Assembly: GCF_002113885.1 (NCBI RefSeq)
Contig: NW_018479988.1
Span: 129,176-193,175, forward strand
DNA from: Mizuhopecten yessoensis
Lineage: Eukaryota
Length of the DNA: 64,000 nt
Direction of reading: 5' to 3'
Numbering within the stretch: position 1 is the first letter of the stretch; the number at the start of each line of letters is the position of its first letter. Of the stretch, positions 12,941 to 25,869 are shown piece after piece. The notes under the pieces were generated by a model, which saw only the letters and a program-made list of their open reading frames with translations, did no database searches and was not told the origin of the DNA. The position numbers and the translations under genes are program-made.

Positions 12941-13876
12941 ACGTAGTTAACAGAAGCTGACATGCACCTTACACAAGAGATCAAATGGTTAGTCTTTTGA
13001 ACACTTGATATTGCTCTTGTTTGTTTATCCATTTATCATATGTGGCCCAACCTGACAAACCCAAACGAGAGTTTCTTTGTTTTTAAGCTGTAACATGTCT
13101 TTGGTTCCTTAAATACAGATTAGAAAATAAATATCAAAAAGATAGATTCTAATTTGTTGTATAACCTGCTGGATACAGGATAAAGGGGATTATAATTGTA
13201 AGTGGTGACACTATTCCAACGTATATTGGATCAACTTACATCAGATAGTCACGTTTAGTCACGCTTGAAACATTACGAAATAAGGCATGTAAGACGAAAC
13301 ACTAAAGAGAATACCCCGATTTTATTTTTTCCTATTTTGAATATAATTTGTCTTTATTTTGATAAATATATGTATTTATTTTATTTTTTCTATACTTTCA
13401 GAATTCCACAGACGACCTGTTATAGCTTATATTGCGCGATATATGTTGTGTTGCTATGAATAAAACTACCTTTATATAAAACTTGTTTACGATTTATTTG
13501 TCACTTCTGTTCTCATAGAAGTTATAATTGCGTCAGATACACTTTTTCACTACATTTCTGAAATAATAATTATTATTTATACAACCTTAAAGTAAAACAG
13601 GCAGAAGTATATACGCAAGCAACAACACACAGGGACCCAACACAAGGGAGGAATGGATTAAAATAACAAATCAAAAGAAAATCTATTGTACATCATAAAT
13701 TCCAACGAAGAATCAGAGGAGAAAACTTTGTTCTCTTTGTTCTGACTCAGAATCTATTTTCCAGCACAATATAGTAGTTCTATGATAATTCATTCCAATT
13801 TCATTTAATTTAAATGATTCGAAACCTTCTGTGGAAATATTTAAATCCAAAGTCTTGCTTCATTCCTTGTCAAGAC

Positions 13877-15057
13877 AGCAACTTAAAGATTTTTCATCTT
13901 ATATTCCTCCTTTCCCCCATCAACTATCAAATATTATTATTACTGAGCAAGAAGTATGTGACCAGCTCCATCTCATTTATGTAAAGAAGTCCCCAGGACC
14001 GGACTCAATTAACCCTAAATTTAGCAAAGGTGTATCTGAATCACTTGTTAAGCCTTTATATATTCTTTTTAATAAATCTCTGAAATCTGGCTATTTACCT
14101 CAAATCTGGAAAAATGCTAATGTTACTGCTATTTTTAAGAGCAAGGGGGTAAGGGGTGATCCATCTAATTACTGACCTATTTCTGTCACACCATTGTTTA
14201 GTAAAATGCTTGAAAAGATAGTTTTTAGATATCTATTCAATTATTTTTCAACAAATAACATAATTTTAAAAATCAATCTGCATTTCTGCCAAAAGACTCT
14301 ACAGTGATCCAGCTAATAAGAGTATATGATGCAATTCTTAAACAACTTAATATGAGAAAAGAAGCAAGACTATTTTTTGAGATATTAGTAAAGCATTTGA
14401 CATGGTTTGGCATGATGGACTTGTATATAAACTGAAAAAAGTATGGCATTAAAGATAATGTGCTTAACTGGCTCTTTAATTTCTTAATCGATAGGCAGCA
14501 ACGTGTAGTAATTGATGGATTTCGCTCTTCCTGGAAGACTTTATCAGCTGGGCTACCACAGGGCTCGGTCCTCGGTCTATATCTATTTCTTATTTATATA
14601 AATGATTTAGTAAATGAAATTCAGTCTAATGTCAAATCATTTTGCTGATGATACTTCATTATTTGTGCTAATAGGTAATGATAAAATAGCTGCTATCGAC
14701 ATTTTAAATAATGATTTTAATATAATATCTATGTAGGCAAATAGATGGGGTATACTTTTTAATCCCAACAAAACAGAAGCCCTTCTAATTTCAAACAAAC
14801 ATAATACTGATGGACTACATCCTGACCTTATATTCATTAACAACATTGTGGCAAACGTAAAAAAGCATATAGGTACTATTTAATGTTCCAACCCAGTGCT
14901 AATATGTTAATGTCTAAATTATAATTCTGCTATTGTTTGAAATGTATGTAACCCAAAGGAGAGGCCTTGTTAGGGCATAGTCTGTTGCCCAATTCCCATT
15001 AAATTACTTGATTTAATAAATTATTTTGAAATGAGAAAAATGAAAAAATGAAAAAAA
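13877..15057 (+). mobile_element. Degenerate 5'-truncated non-LTR retrotransposon (CR1/L2-clade reverse transcriptase)
   Basis: RT motifs in broken frames: KSPGPDSI, WKNANVTAIFK..G.R.DPSNY*PIS, DISKAFD.VWHDGL, G.PQGSVLG..LFLIYINDL, FADDT; stops and frameshifts; 3' tail with AATAAA and (AAAAATG)n at about 15013-15057. Confidence 0.9.
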
Positions 15058-15064
15058 CAGTAAT

Positions 15065-15563
15065 TCTCCTGAATAACTGATATTGCTTTGGTGTATTCTG
15101 AACGCTTGCTATATCTGTTGTTTATCCATTTACCATGTGTGACCCAACTTGACAAACCCAAACAAGAGTTTCTTTGTTTGTAAGGTGTAACATGTCTTTG
15201 TTTCCTAAAATACAGATTGGAAAATAAATATCCAAAAGATATATTCTAATTTGTTGTATAACCTGCTGGATACAGGATAAAGGGGATTATAATTGTAAGT
15301 GGCGACACTATTCCAACGTATATTGGATCAACTTACATCAGATAGTCACGTTTATTCACGCTTGAAACACTACGAAATAAAATGCAATGGGATAAGACGA
15401 AACACTAGAGAGAATATCCCGACTTTATTTGTTTTAATTTTGAATATGATTTGTCTTTATTTTGATAAATGTACTTATTTGATTTTTTCTATACTTTCAG
15501 AATTCCACAGACGACCTGTTATAGCTTATTTTGCGCGATATATTTTGTGTTGCTATGAATAAA
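15065..15563 (+). pseudogene. Orphan intron 3 plus terminal exon 4 of the Gly/Tyr-rich gene (no exons 1-3)
   Basis: Paralogous to about 12995-13464; intact acceptor tttcAG|AATTCCACAG at 15500/15501; AATAAA 15558-15563; starts right after the LINE tail. Confidence 0.8.
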
Positions 15564-18500
15564 ACTGCCTTTATATAAAAAAAAAATACGATTTATTTGT
15601 CACATTTTCACTACTCTCTGAAAGTAGCATAATTATTATGTATATAGTTTGTAAAACCTTAAAGTGAAACAGGCAGAAGTATATACGCCAGCAACAACAC
15701 ACGGGGACCCAATCAGAACAACTTGGAACTCATACTAAAAAGGGGGGGAACGAATTAAAATAACAAATCAAAAGAAAATCTATTGTACATCATAAACTCC
15801 AACAAAAGACAAGAGGAGAAAACTTGGGCCCGTATTAGATAAAGTGCCTCTATGTTCAGACTCAGAGTCTGTTCTCCAGCACAATTTCGTGTTTCTATGA
15901 CAATTCATTCAAATTTCCTTTTATTTAAATGATTCGAAAATTACTTTGGAAAGATTTTAATCCAAAGTCTCGTTTCATTCCTTGTCAAGACTTATTTTAC
16001 TTCAAGATCAGAATGTAGGCTTTATAACAGATCCCTTCGTTGAATACAGACGGGTGTATTCCGAAAAGAGTGACCTTCATATTTATTCCGTCAAAGTCAG
16101 CAATGTATGCAGGTAACTGACGTTCTGAGTTCATCAAAATGTATTAACAAATAGCATGAACGAGTAAAAGAACAATAATAAGAAAAATCAAATGCGTAAA
16201 AAAATAAAACAAAAAATGAAAATACCTTCGTTTAAAATATTCTTCTTGTACCTCTGTATATCAGATACAAGATGAACCTTCATAATACACATGGGACTGC
16301 AACTTAAAGAATTGGTTATAGATAAAGCATGCCAAAAATGAATTACACTGTATCATACAGCTGTTGCGTTCTTCTAGGACTGATCGGTGATGCTAGTGAC
16401 CGAAAAAAATGGTAACCTAAATTAATCTTAATAACCGTTGAAACAGAAGGAGGGGTGCATAAAATCCCTTAATTATGTGAATGTCAAACAATAGAGCAGT
16501 TCTGATCAATCTAATATAAATAAGAGTGTGCCACTTCTTAAAGGGAGATAACTGTGGTCATCACGGATACGGCAAACCTCGAGGACTAAGACATCCACCA
16601 ACAGATTCTATCATCTTTTATCTTGAAAAATAGACCACAGACACAAAAAAGTATCACTAGAAAACGAAGTAAACAAATGCCCAAATAAGAATGTCGACGC
16701 CAGAAGCCGATTGAATTAAGCATTTATTACACAATTTGGGCATTGTGTCAGTTTAAGATTATTCAGTCGAATGGACAAAAAAATATGATAAAACTTAAAA
16801 TAGTTAACAAACAAATGTAAGCATAAGGCAAACTTGGGGAGGTGTCTTTAAAGATCTAATCAATGTTATCAATAGCTATCAATTAAGTTATATTTTTTAT
16901 TATGTTTTATCTCAAAATGATAATGGTGTTCAAAGTAACAAACCCAGACATACCGATCCCTTATGTGTTACATCTATTCTTTGTGAAACAAAAACATACG
17001 TGAATGCAATTCACACATCTACTATAGGATAAAAGTCATTGCCTGAGACTGCGAAAGCCTTACAGTTCTCTAAATGAACATATATTGAAGAAAATTACCG
17101 CACCGTCCAAGAACTGCTCCAGTGGTGTAGTATTATTTTCTACAATAAAGCAAAACTAAAACACTTAGACAACTTCATAATTCAGTATAATCTATTAAGA
17201 TAACACTGAAACATCGTCCCTTGCTTTCAAAGATTAAATACTAAAAAGTTCTAAAATCTTAAAGATTCATACTTAATGAATAGCCATAACAACTTATAAG
17301 ATTTATATAATTGTTTGTATACGTTTGGCAATATTTTAAAGTGGTTTGAATATATGTGCTTGTTCGTGAGGTTACCGCTACTGTAGTTGTACATTTTATG
17401 ACGAACTGCCATCGGATATGATTGATTGATTCTTACGACTGTTACCTACGATAGCTGGATGTTCCAGTAACAAGGCGGCTATGTGCATTGATTGAGAAGA
17501 AGGGTTGCTTATTTGTATACCGCACTGTTATAATAAGTTGTCGACAGGTTTTACAGTGGTAGTACATAACACTGTGTGGTAGTAATTTGGAAATAGCAAA
17601 TATAATTTGTATGTTTGGATAATTGAAATTGACCATCGCCATTTACAAAATGGCGCAAACTGAGAATTATTTAATATTGTTTGTAACATGTTTTTGCATT
17701 GATTTGTGTTTACAGTATGTTAAGTGCTTAACTAATAAATTAAAAACGAATTTTTTCATAAGACACGAAATATTGTTTTTGTTTTCCAAATAAGTAGTCA
17801 TCTGTCATACTTGAATATTCGTCTGCAACCACGCCTTTTGATATTGATAATTCGAGCATTATACACGATTTAAGAACAGATAGCATGGAAATATTCCCGA
17901 CGACTAGCAAGGATCTATTAATGAATTATTTGAGAGAGTGGATGAAATGAGCATGTTGAAACCTCCTCCTCAGCTAGATCGGCGAATTATAGCACGCGCA
18001 CATGGTTATTAAAATTACTTCATTTATTGTAAATGAAAATGACACTCATTTTGTAAAACTATTTTTTTTCTTTCTAATATTTTAATGAAATCATAAGGAA
18101 TGGAGTGGATGATGAATCGGTGTACTTCGGTGTTCGGTTTATAACCCGATAAGAAATCTGATTTTATATTCTATAATGCTGCTCATCAATTATCAATATG
18201 AAAATAAAAATGGAGATTAACATATTATGGTTATATGCATAATAGAATCTTATCCATCCTGGATTCCCTGGCTTCCACTGCATACACTCATTCAGTTTGG
18301 TTATATTTATTCTATTTACTTCATGTATGTAGTAGGTGGTGGAAACGATCAACTAGTATTGAAACTAGTAATAATGATAAAGACAACAAAATTGCATAGT
18401 TGCCATGGCACTTGTTTTGTTTCCTTTTTCCACTGCACGTACTATAAAAGTGTATTATAAGATAATATATATATATATATCTAAAACATTGTTAGGACTG

Positions 18501-19495
18501 AGTTTTTCGTGATATCGGTTTCAGAATAAATTCTTGTTGCAACGTTACGATTGACTGATAGCCCTCTGGCCAGCAGGAAGTCGATTTGAATGGATAAATA
18601 CATTAATATTTGCTACACAATATGGTCATTTCGTTCATTTAGTGGAATCAAAACCAATAGGTATTCCGAAATATATTAAGAAACACAGCAAATGGGCGAA
18701 TGGTGCCATTGAACCCGTTTTAACCTAAAATATATTAATACGAAGGATTTTCATTTATAATTAAACCCCTAAAATAATCATTTTATGACTATGACGTAAA
18801 CGTAATAACGACATCAGAAATCCAGCCTTGACATTCATAGTTGATACGAATATCATCGATTTGGTCGATTTATGTAGTGAATAAGTCATTCAATGGTTAA
18901 GATATTGACTGTAAATACTAAATGAGTGTAGTTCAATGTTTAGGGAGTTCCTGTAGTCATACATTTTAACCGAGTAAAATGCAAAACCAACTTTTTGTCT
19001 ATTTTGGACGTCTTAAACAGGGGATGACGTTTTCATTGAAGTATGTTTTGTAAGTATGTTATGTGTAATGGTTATGAAAATGCAGGACAGTATTCAAAAT
19101 TTTAAAGAATAAATTGATTTAAAGATAGTAAGTTTTGCTGTCTTTGTAAGAAAGGTATATCTACAAAAATAGCTGTCTGGTGTTTGTTTTCATGCCATCA
19201 ACATAAACCGGTCTATAAGAGTCTCGCTCCTTTTCTCAATATCTCTCTTAAAGGTTCATAACTTTGCTCTTAGGTAACATTATGTCCTCTGCACAGTTGT
19301 ACAGAATATATTCCTTTACAAAATGAAATATATCTATTACACAATTTTTGGTTAGAAATGATAAAAAATCAACAAAAATATATCATGACTTCCTGGCAAT
19401 GTTCAGATACAATATTACACCACTACAGAAGGACTGATGACACGGAAGTGCTGAATGGTCAGACGGCTCCGGACACGTGGTATCATCCCGGTCAG

Positions 19496-19554
19496 TATAA
19501 ATAGCAGGTGGTCAACTGAGAGGTCATTCATTCGACCTCCTCTGCAGTGTCAAG
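19496..19554 (+). promoter_or_regulatory. TATA/Inr and non-coding exon 1 of copy 3
   Basis: TATAAATA 19496-19503, TCATTC (A at 19526), AAG|GTAAGT at 19554. Confidence 0.85.
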
Positions 19555-20004
19555 GTAAGTCAATCTATAAATGTTTTATTATGGGTTTTTTGTTTGAATT
19601 TATAACATCTAAAACATGTTTAGCTGTAAGACCGTTTTACTCAAGTTCGGAAACCAATGTAACTGTAAAACTTGACCTTATTGCGCTACAAGCATAGAAA
19701 TATTGGAATGTTCCATATATATATCTATACCAACTTCAATTGTCAAACTTTTACCAGTGGTTCGCTTACAAAATGTTTACTTCATATCCAATATGTGAAC
19801 ACATATTTGAGCTTGCCATTTGAAAACATTTTGATACATACTTAAAACAAATGACGAGATCAAAGACTATCAAAGATATTTTTGTAGAAAGTAAAATATA
19901 CTTTTTTTATACTTTCCTTTAAAGAGATAAAACAAATATATTGTGAAGAGTAAATATAACTCCATTGTTTATAGAATCCTCGCTTGCCCCGCCCACCAAT
20001 CACC

Positions 20005-20757
20005 ATGAACAAGTCTCTGATGCTCGTGTTGATCCCCTGCCTGGTGGCTTATGTCATGGCCCAGTATTACCAGCCTGGATACGGTGGTATGGCTGGATAC
20101 GGTGGTGGATATGGGCCTGGAACTTACTACAACTACGCCGCGCAGAGCGCCCAAGGAGCCAAGACTAGCAACTTGTTGAACTATGGTAAGTATTCCATGG
20201 CATCTGTTTAAATTTCAAACTATTCTACCAACACAGGTTTTACTTAACCAAAATATACATATCCGGTGAACTTTATAGTGGGTTTGATCAATAAACTGTA
20301 AATAATGACCTAATCCAAAACAATAAGTTCAATCCGGAATGTAATATATGTATGCAGTAAGTTAAACCGAAAAAGTATAACTAACCCAAGTATCCCGGAA
20401 AAGAGTTTTTTTCTAAATACTGTATTTGTCATTTGTGTAAATGAATGCAACAATCTGCGTTTCTGTCAATCTGTAACGATACACATGAATACATTATTAA
20501 TGTTTAAAATAACTACAATAATGCCCTAGAATGTAAATAAGGGAGGATTTAAACATGATCTTTAAAAAAACGTTCTCAATACCATTACATTATACCATGA
20601 TATCAACTTAACCACAAAAGGGGTAAAAAAAAATGGTTTAAATTTATATTTATATATCAGGATTACATTACCGTAAAAACGAATGTCTTTTGCTCCAGGT
20701 CTTCTCTTCTTCGCCATCCTCATCCTGACCAATGCCACTGGAAGTATCACTGGTTAA
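20005..20757 (+). CDS. Small secreted Gly/Tyr-rich protein, copy 3 (79 aa; join 20005..20185,20699..20757)
   Basis: Protein identical to copy 1; exon 3 ends 20804; exon 4 from 21268; AATAAA 21325-21330. Confidence 0.93.
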
Positions 20758-22500
20758 ACGTAGTTAACAGAAGCTGACATGCATCTTACACAAGAAATCA
20801 AATGGTAAGTCTTCTGAACACTTGATATTGCTCTTGTTTATTCTGAACGCTTGCTATAGTTGTTGTTTATCCATTTATCTAGTGCAGAAACTTGTTTCAT
20901 CCTGACATGCCTAAAAAGGGACTATCTTTGTAAGGTGGAACATTTTTTATTTTTTTAAAATATATATTAAGTATAAAGAAATATCCAAAAGATTCTGATA
21001 TGTTGTTAAACCTGTTGGATACAAGAAACAGGAGATTATTATTGTAAGTGGTGACGCTATTCTAACGTATCACGGATCAACTCATATCAGATAGTCGTGT
21101 TTATTCATGCTGGAAACACTACAAGATAAAACATGTAATGGAATAAGACAAATCACAAGGAAAAACATTTTATTTTCTTCAAGAATCATATCTATTTAAA
21201 TAGACCGTGAACTTGTGATTCTCTATTAAATAATTAAATGTTCTAATTCTATTTTTTATGCTTTCAGAATTCCACAGACGTCCTGTTATAGCTGATATTG
21301 CGCGATATATTTTGTGTTGCTATGAATAAAACTGTATTTACATAAAACTATTTTCGTTTTATTTGTCTTTTTTTTTTACTAGAAGTTATTTCTGTGTCAG
21401 ATACACTATTTCATAACAGCATTGACAGTAGCATGTATATAAAGTTTGTACAAATTTAATGTGAAATAGGCAAATGTAATTATGCCAGCAACAACACAGG
21501 AGAACCAAATCACAACAACTTGGATCTAATACTAAAAAAACGTTGAAGAACGGATAAATATAATTAAAGAAAATATATTGTACATCATAAACTCTAACAA
21601 GAGACCACAGGAGAAAACCCGGGCCTATATCAGGGAAACTGTCACTATGTTCAGACTCTGAGTCTGTTCTCCAGCACAATTTCTTTTTTCGTTGATAACT
21701 TATTCCAATTTTAATGAATTGAAAATGACTATGGATACATTTGAATCCAAACACTCGCTTCATTTATTGTCAAAATCTTCTTTGTGGTATGGTTTCAGCA
21801 AATTAAAGAAATTTAGGGACAGATCAGAATATAAGCTTTTGAAAAAAATGGCTTTGTTGAGTACAGGCGGATATATTATAAAAAGAGTGTCTTATGTGTT
21901 TCTCTCCTCCAAGTCAGGAAAGTCCGTAGGTTACTAACGTTCTGATTTATCATAATGTATAAACAAATGGCATGAACGAGTAACTTTTTTTACAAAATAT
22001 GTAAAAATAAAAACGAAAAATAAAAAAACCTTCGTTGAAACTAATGTTATCTTGTACGTCGGTATATTAGATACAAGATCAAACTCAGTCACACACATGG
22101 GACTGCAACTTCAAAATTTGGTAATAGTCTGATTCAGCACGCCAAAATGAACACTTTGCTGAACAGATGTGTCCCCTTCTAGGACTCATCGGTGATGCAA
22201 GGGACCTCAAAAAACTAAACTGGTCTAAAGTACTGTTGAAACAGAAGTAGAGGTGTATAAAACCTTGTCATTATATGATTTTCAAAAATTAGGGAGAAGT
22301 ACTATTTAATTTCGAATTATTAAGAATGTACCACTCCTCAAGGGGAAATAACTGTGGGCATCAAGGTTTACGGCATTCCTCGGGGACCAAGAAATCCACC
22401 AACAGAGTCTACCACTTTGTATATTGAAAGATGAACATAAAACACACAGATGGGACTGCACGTTTAAAATGTAGTAACAGATACAGCATGCCCAAAATGA

Positions 22501-22970
22501 ATTACACTGCATCATACAGATGTTTGGTCCTTCTAGGTCTCCACTAATTACACTGCATCATAGAGATGTTTGGTCCTTCTAGGGCTCGACTTATTACACT
22601 GCATCATACAGATGTTTGGTCCTTCTAGGACTCGACTAATTACACCGCATCATACAGATGTTTGGTCCTTCTAGGGCTCCACCGATTACACTACATCATA
22701 CAGATGTTTGGTCCTTCTAGGGCTCGACTTATTACACTGCATCATACAGATGTTTGGTCCTTCTAGGGCAGGACTAATTACACTGCATCATACAGATTTT
22801 TGGTCCTTCTAGGGCTCGACTAATTACACTGCATCATACAGATGTTTGGTCCTTCTAGGGCTCGACTAATTACAATGCATCATACAGATGTTTGGTCCTT
22901 CTAGGGCACGACTAATTACACTGCATCATACAGATGTTTGGTCCTTCTAGGGCTCGACTAATTACACCGC
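22501..22970. repeat. 46-bp minisatellite, 10 copies, derived from a hammerhead-relic motif
   Basis: Unit ATTACACTGCATCATACAGATGTTTGGTCCTTCTAGGGCTCGACTA; period 46 (22501, 22547 ... 22961). Confidence 0.95.
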
Positions 22971-25379
22971 TGAAACAATCCTCTCTCATAACACGGATTT
23001 TCATTTACTATTAAACCACAGAAAATAATCACCAGAAAACAAATACCCAAATAAAGATTTGACTCCATATACCCATTTAAGTAAGGATTTGCGACACAAT
23101 GTGGACATTGTGTAAATTTAGGATTCTTCAGTCGAATAGATAAAAAGAATAAAACTCTAAAATGTTAACAAACAAATTTAGGGAGATGTCAACAACACCC
23201 TTATCAACGACAGACAATTACATGGTCTGGCTACATCAGATAATTTATTGTAAGGTTATATATTTTCCATTACATTTTACCTCAATTTGATAACGATGTC
23301 TATAGCTACGAAACTAGATATCCTGATACAACATGTGTGACATCTATTCTTTGTGACAGTAATTTCGAGTCCAGAGTTATAGGTTCCAACATTATATACA
23401 AACATGTGTTGATTATATCTATTCTACCAAGTAAAACGTAGTGAACATCTGTTTTGTGTCTATCCAGTGTCCATACGTCTATGATAAGTAAGGTGACGTA
23501 GACAATCTAAATATTTAAACAAGGCAGTTATTTAATGCGCTTACATTTGTCACGTGATGACTTGTATGTCTTCATTTCACAACAAGGTGAACGTTATAAT
23601 CATTTCTGACCCTGTCGGCATTTGTCAAATTTAGTCTTTTTAACCTGGATTATTTTACTTTTGAGAGATTTTTTAAAATTTTGAATATTTCCGGAGGTTT
23701 TTGGAAGAATGTTAGTCTGTTGACACATGCACGGGAATAATCTATCGTGCAATCATACTAGGTTAATAAGCAGTGAAAAGTGTCGTTACATCGCAAACAT
23801 GGTATACTATAATATTGAACATTTAATTGAACATGAACATTTTAATTAAACATTTTATCAAACTTGTAAGCATTCAGTTAATCCTTTTTTTCATAAATTG
23901 ATTTAAATAAAAAATGTTAACTAAAACTTAGTCTAACATCATAGTTTTTATACCATAAAACGCTTAAACGTTCAAATAAGAAAGTGTAATTCCATCGATC
24001 CTTTCAATCCTTACATCAAAGGTAATTTATTTTAGGAGTAGCAGAATACAAGTATGATATACCGTCAATGTTTGCGTATTGCCTGCTCTGCCATGTCGCC
24101 TGCTCACCTAATATCATGTTTAGGCAATAAAATCTATATCTTGCCCGCGGGTTTTCTGCTAGATAAAAATGTTATGCGTAATACCAGGTTCACTTCCTAC
24201 ATCAAGGACATGAAGTTTGCACCTGTATGTACCTGGATATGTAACAGTGTTAATAATTTATGTTTTTTTAATAAGATTTAACTGTTAGTTGTTATACTTA
24301 CAATGTCATTAAATAGTCTGATGGCGACTCCTAGTCCTCCATTAAGGACTCCACATACATGCTATGATATGAACCGACTTTTCATGCATACCTTCGTTGA
24401 TAAAACTTGAAAACTTTAGTTTTGTTGTTGTTGGGTTTTTTAATTAGAGATGTACAAGATTTTGAGCCATAAAGATTTTGAGCCATAACGATTTCGCATA
24501 ACCCGCACTTTTTATAGGTTTTTGAAACCATTTCGTTACGTTGCCCGCTTCATCAGATAGCCCGCAGAGGGTATTTCTTAGGTCCAAAGTATATAGCCTG
24601 TGGGTAATACGAAAGAAATCATGCATAACAGAGTACAAATTTATAGAACAGATAAATTATTATATTAGAGTAATTAATATAAGAAATATACGTAATTTTA
24701 CGGAATAACAGAGTAAATACAATACAGAGTAATGGAATAAAACTATTATAGTTTAGAGATTAAGTGTTTGTATTATAAAATAATAAAAGATATTTATTAC
24801 AGAGCACAGCAAAAAAAGTATATGACTGTAAGAAAATGCGTTTTATCATGAAGTTTTATTTGATAATAATCCGAGTGTCCGTCACTGGTGATTTCTATTG
24901 AGGAAAAAATGGCTTTAAAACAAATTCAACACTATTGGGTTTATTCTACCTCAGTTCTAGATCAATTACCTCCTTTACAATGTTTGTAACCCACCTGGAG
25001 AAAAACAAACCAGTCTTCAGTATATTTTACCTGGATGCTACATAATGTAAATGCCACCGGTTCTGGTTAATGTACTAATTAAGATGTTGCTTAAACAATG
25101 GTTGAGTTAACTGATAAACACACATGGTTCACCTTATATATTGATATTTGGATATTAAAATTACACTTCCAAATATAATCACTTTAACCTTTACAAGTCT
25201 AATTAGTTGTCAATTCTTTTTGTCATTTCATTATATGTATTATCTTACTTATTTTGTGACCTAAATCTGTTTCATTCTTTCTTGATTTATCATTCATGAG
25301 TGAAACTAAAACCTTTTTAGAAATCAAAGATTGAGCTTGCTTATTAAATGTTAAATGTTCCTCTTAACGCATGGAATAT

Positions 25380-25762
25380 TAGAGAAAGTGTGTTTCTCCT
25401 GCCGACACAACTCCAACAACCCAGGTGGAGTATACAATGGTCTGAGGTGGGTGTTGCGGTATCTGTACTGTAGCATTCAAGTGAGGTGGCACTATAAATG
25501 ATACCGTTGGAAGGACGGTCCCACTACAAACAGAACACAATACATATCCAGCACACACACAGGCATACACACATAGGGAGATATTAGCCAGGTGGCATAG
25601 GACTAGTAGTTCCTCAAAATTGTTTTGATTGGTATATATGCTTATTGTATTGACTGTATAAAATTGAATATCTATGTACTGTAAAGCGCTTTAGTGTGGC
25701 TTATGTTAGCTAGATAGGGCGATATATCAAATGTTGTATATTTATTTATTTATTTTTTATTT
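25380..25762 (+). mobile_element. SINE/LINE 3' fragment with an L2/CR1-type tail
   Basis: AACCCAGGTG...TATACAATGG core-like motif; tail TGTAAAGCGCTTTAG...GGGCGATATATCAAAT followed by (TATT)n. Confidence 0.55.
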
Positions 25763-25869
25763 AACGACAATGATATTTTCTGATGGATTTACTAGTTTTA
25801 TTTTGGAATTAACAGTTTTATGAAATTGGTTTCGATTTTAACAATGCCATAAGTTTAATTTCGCTTAAC

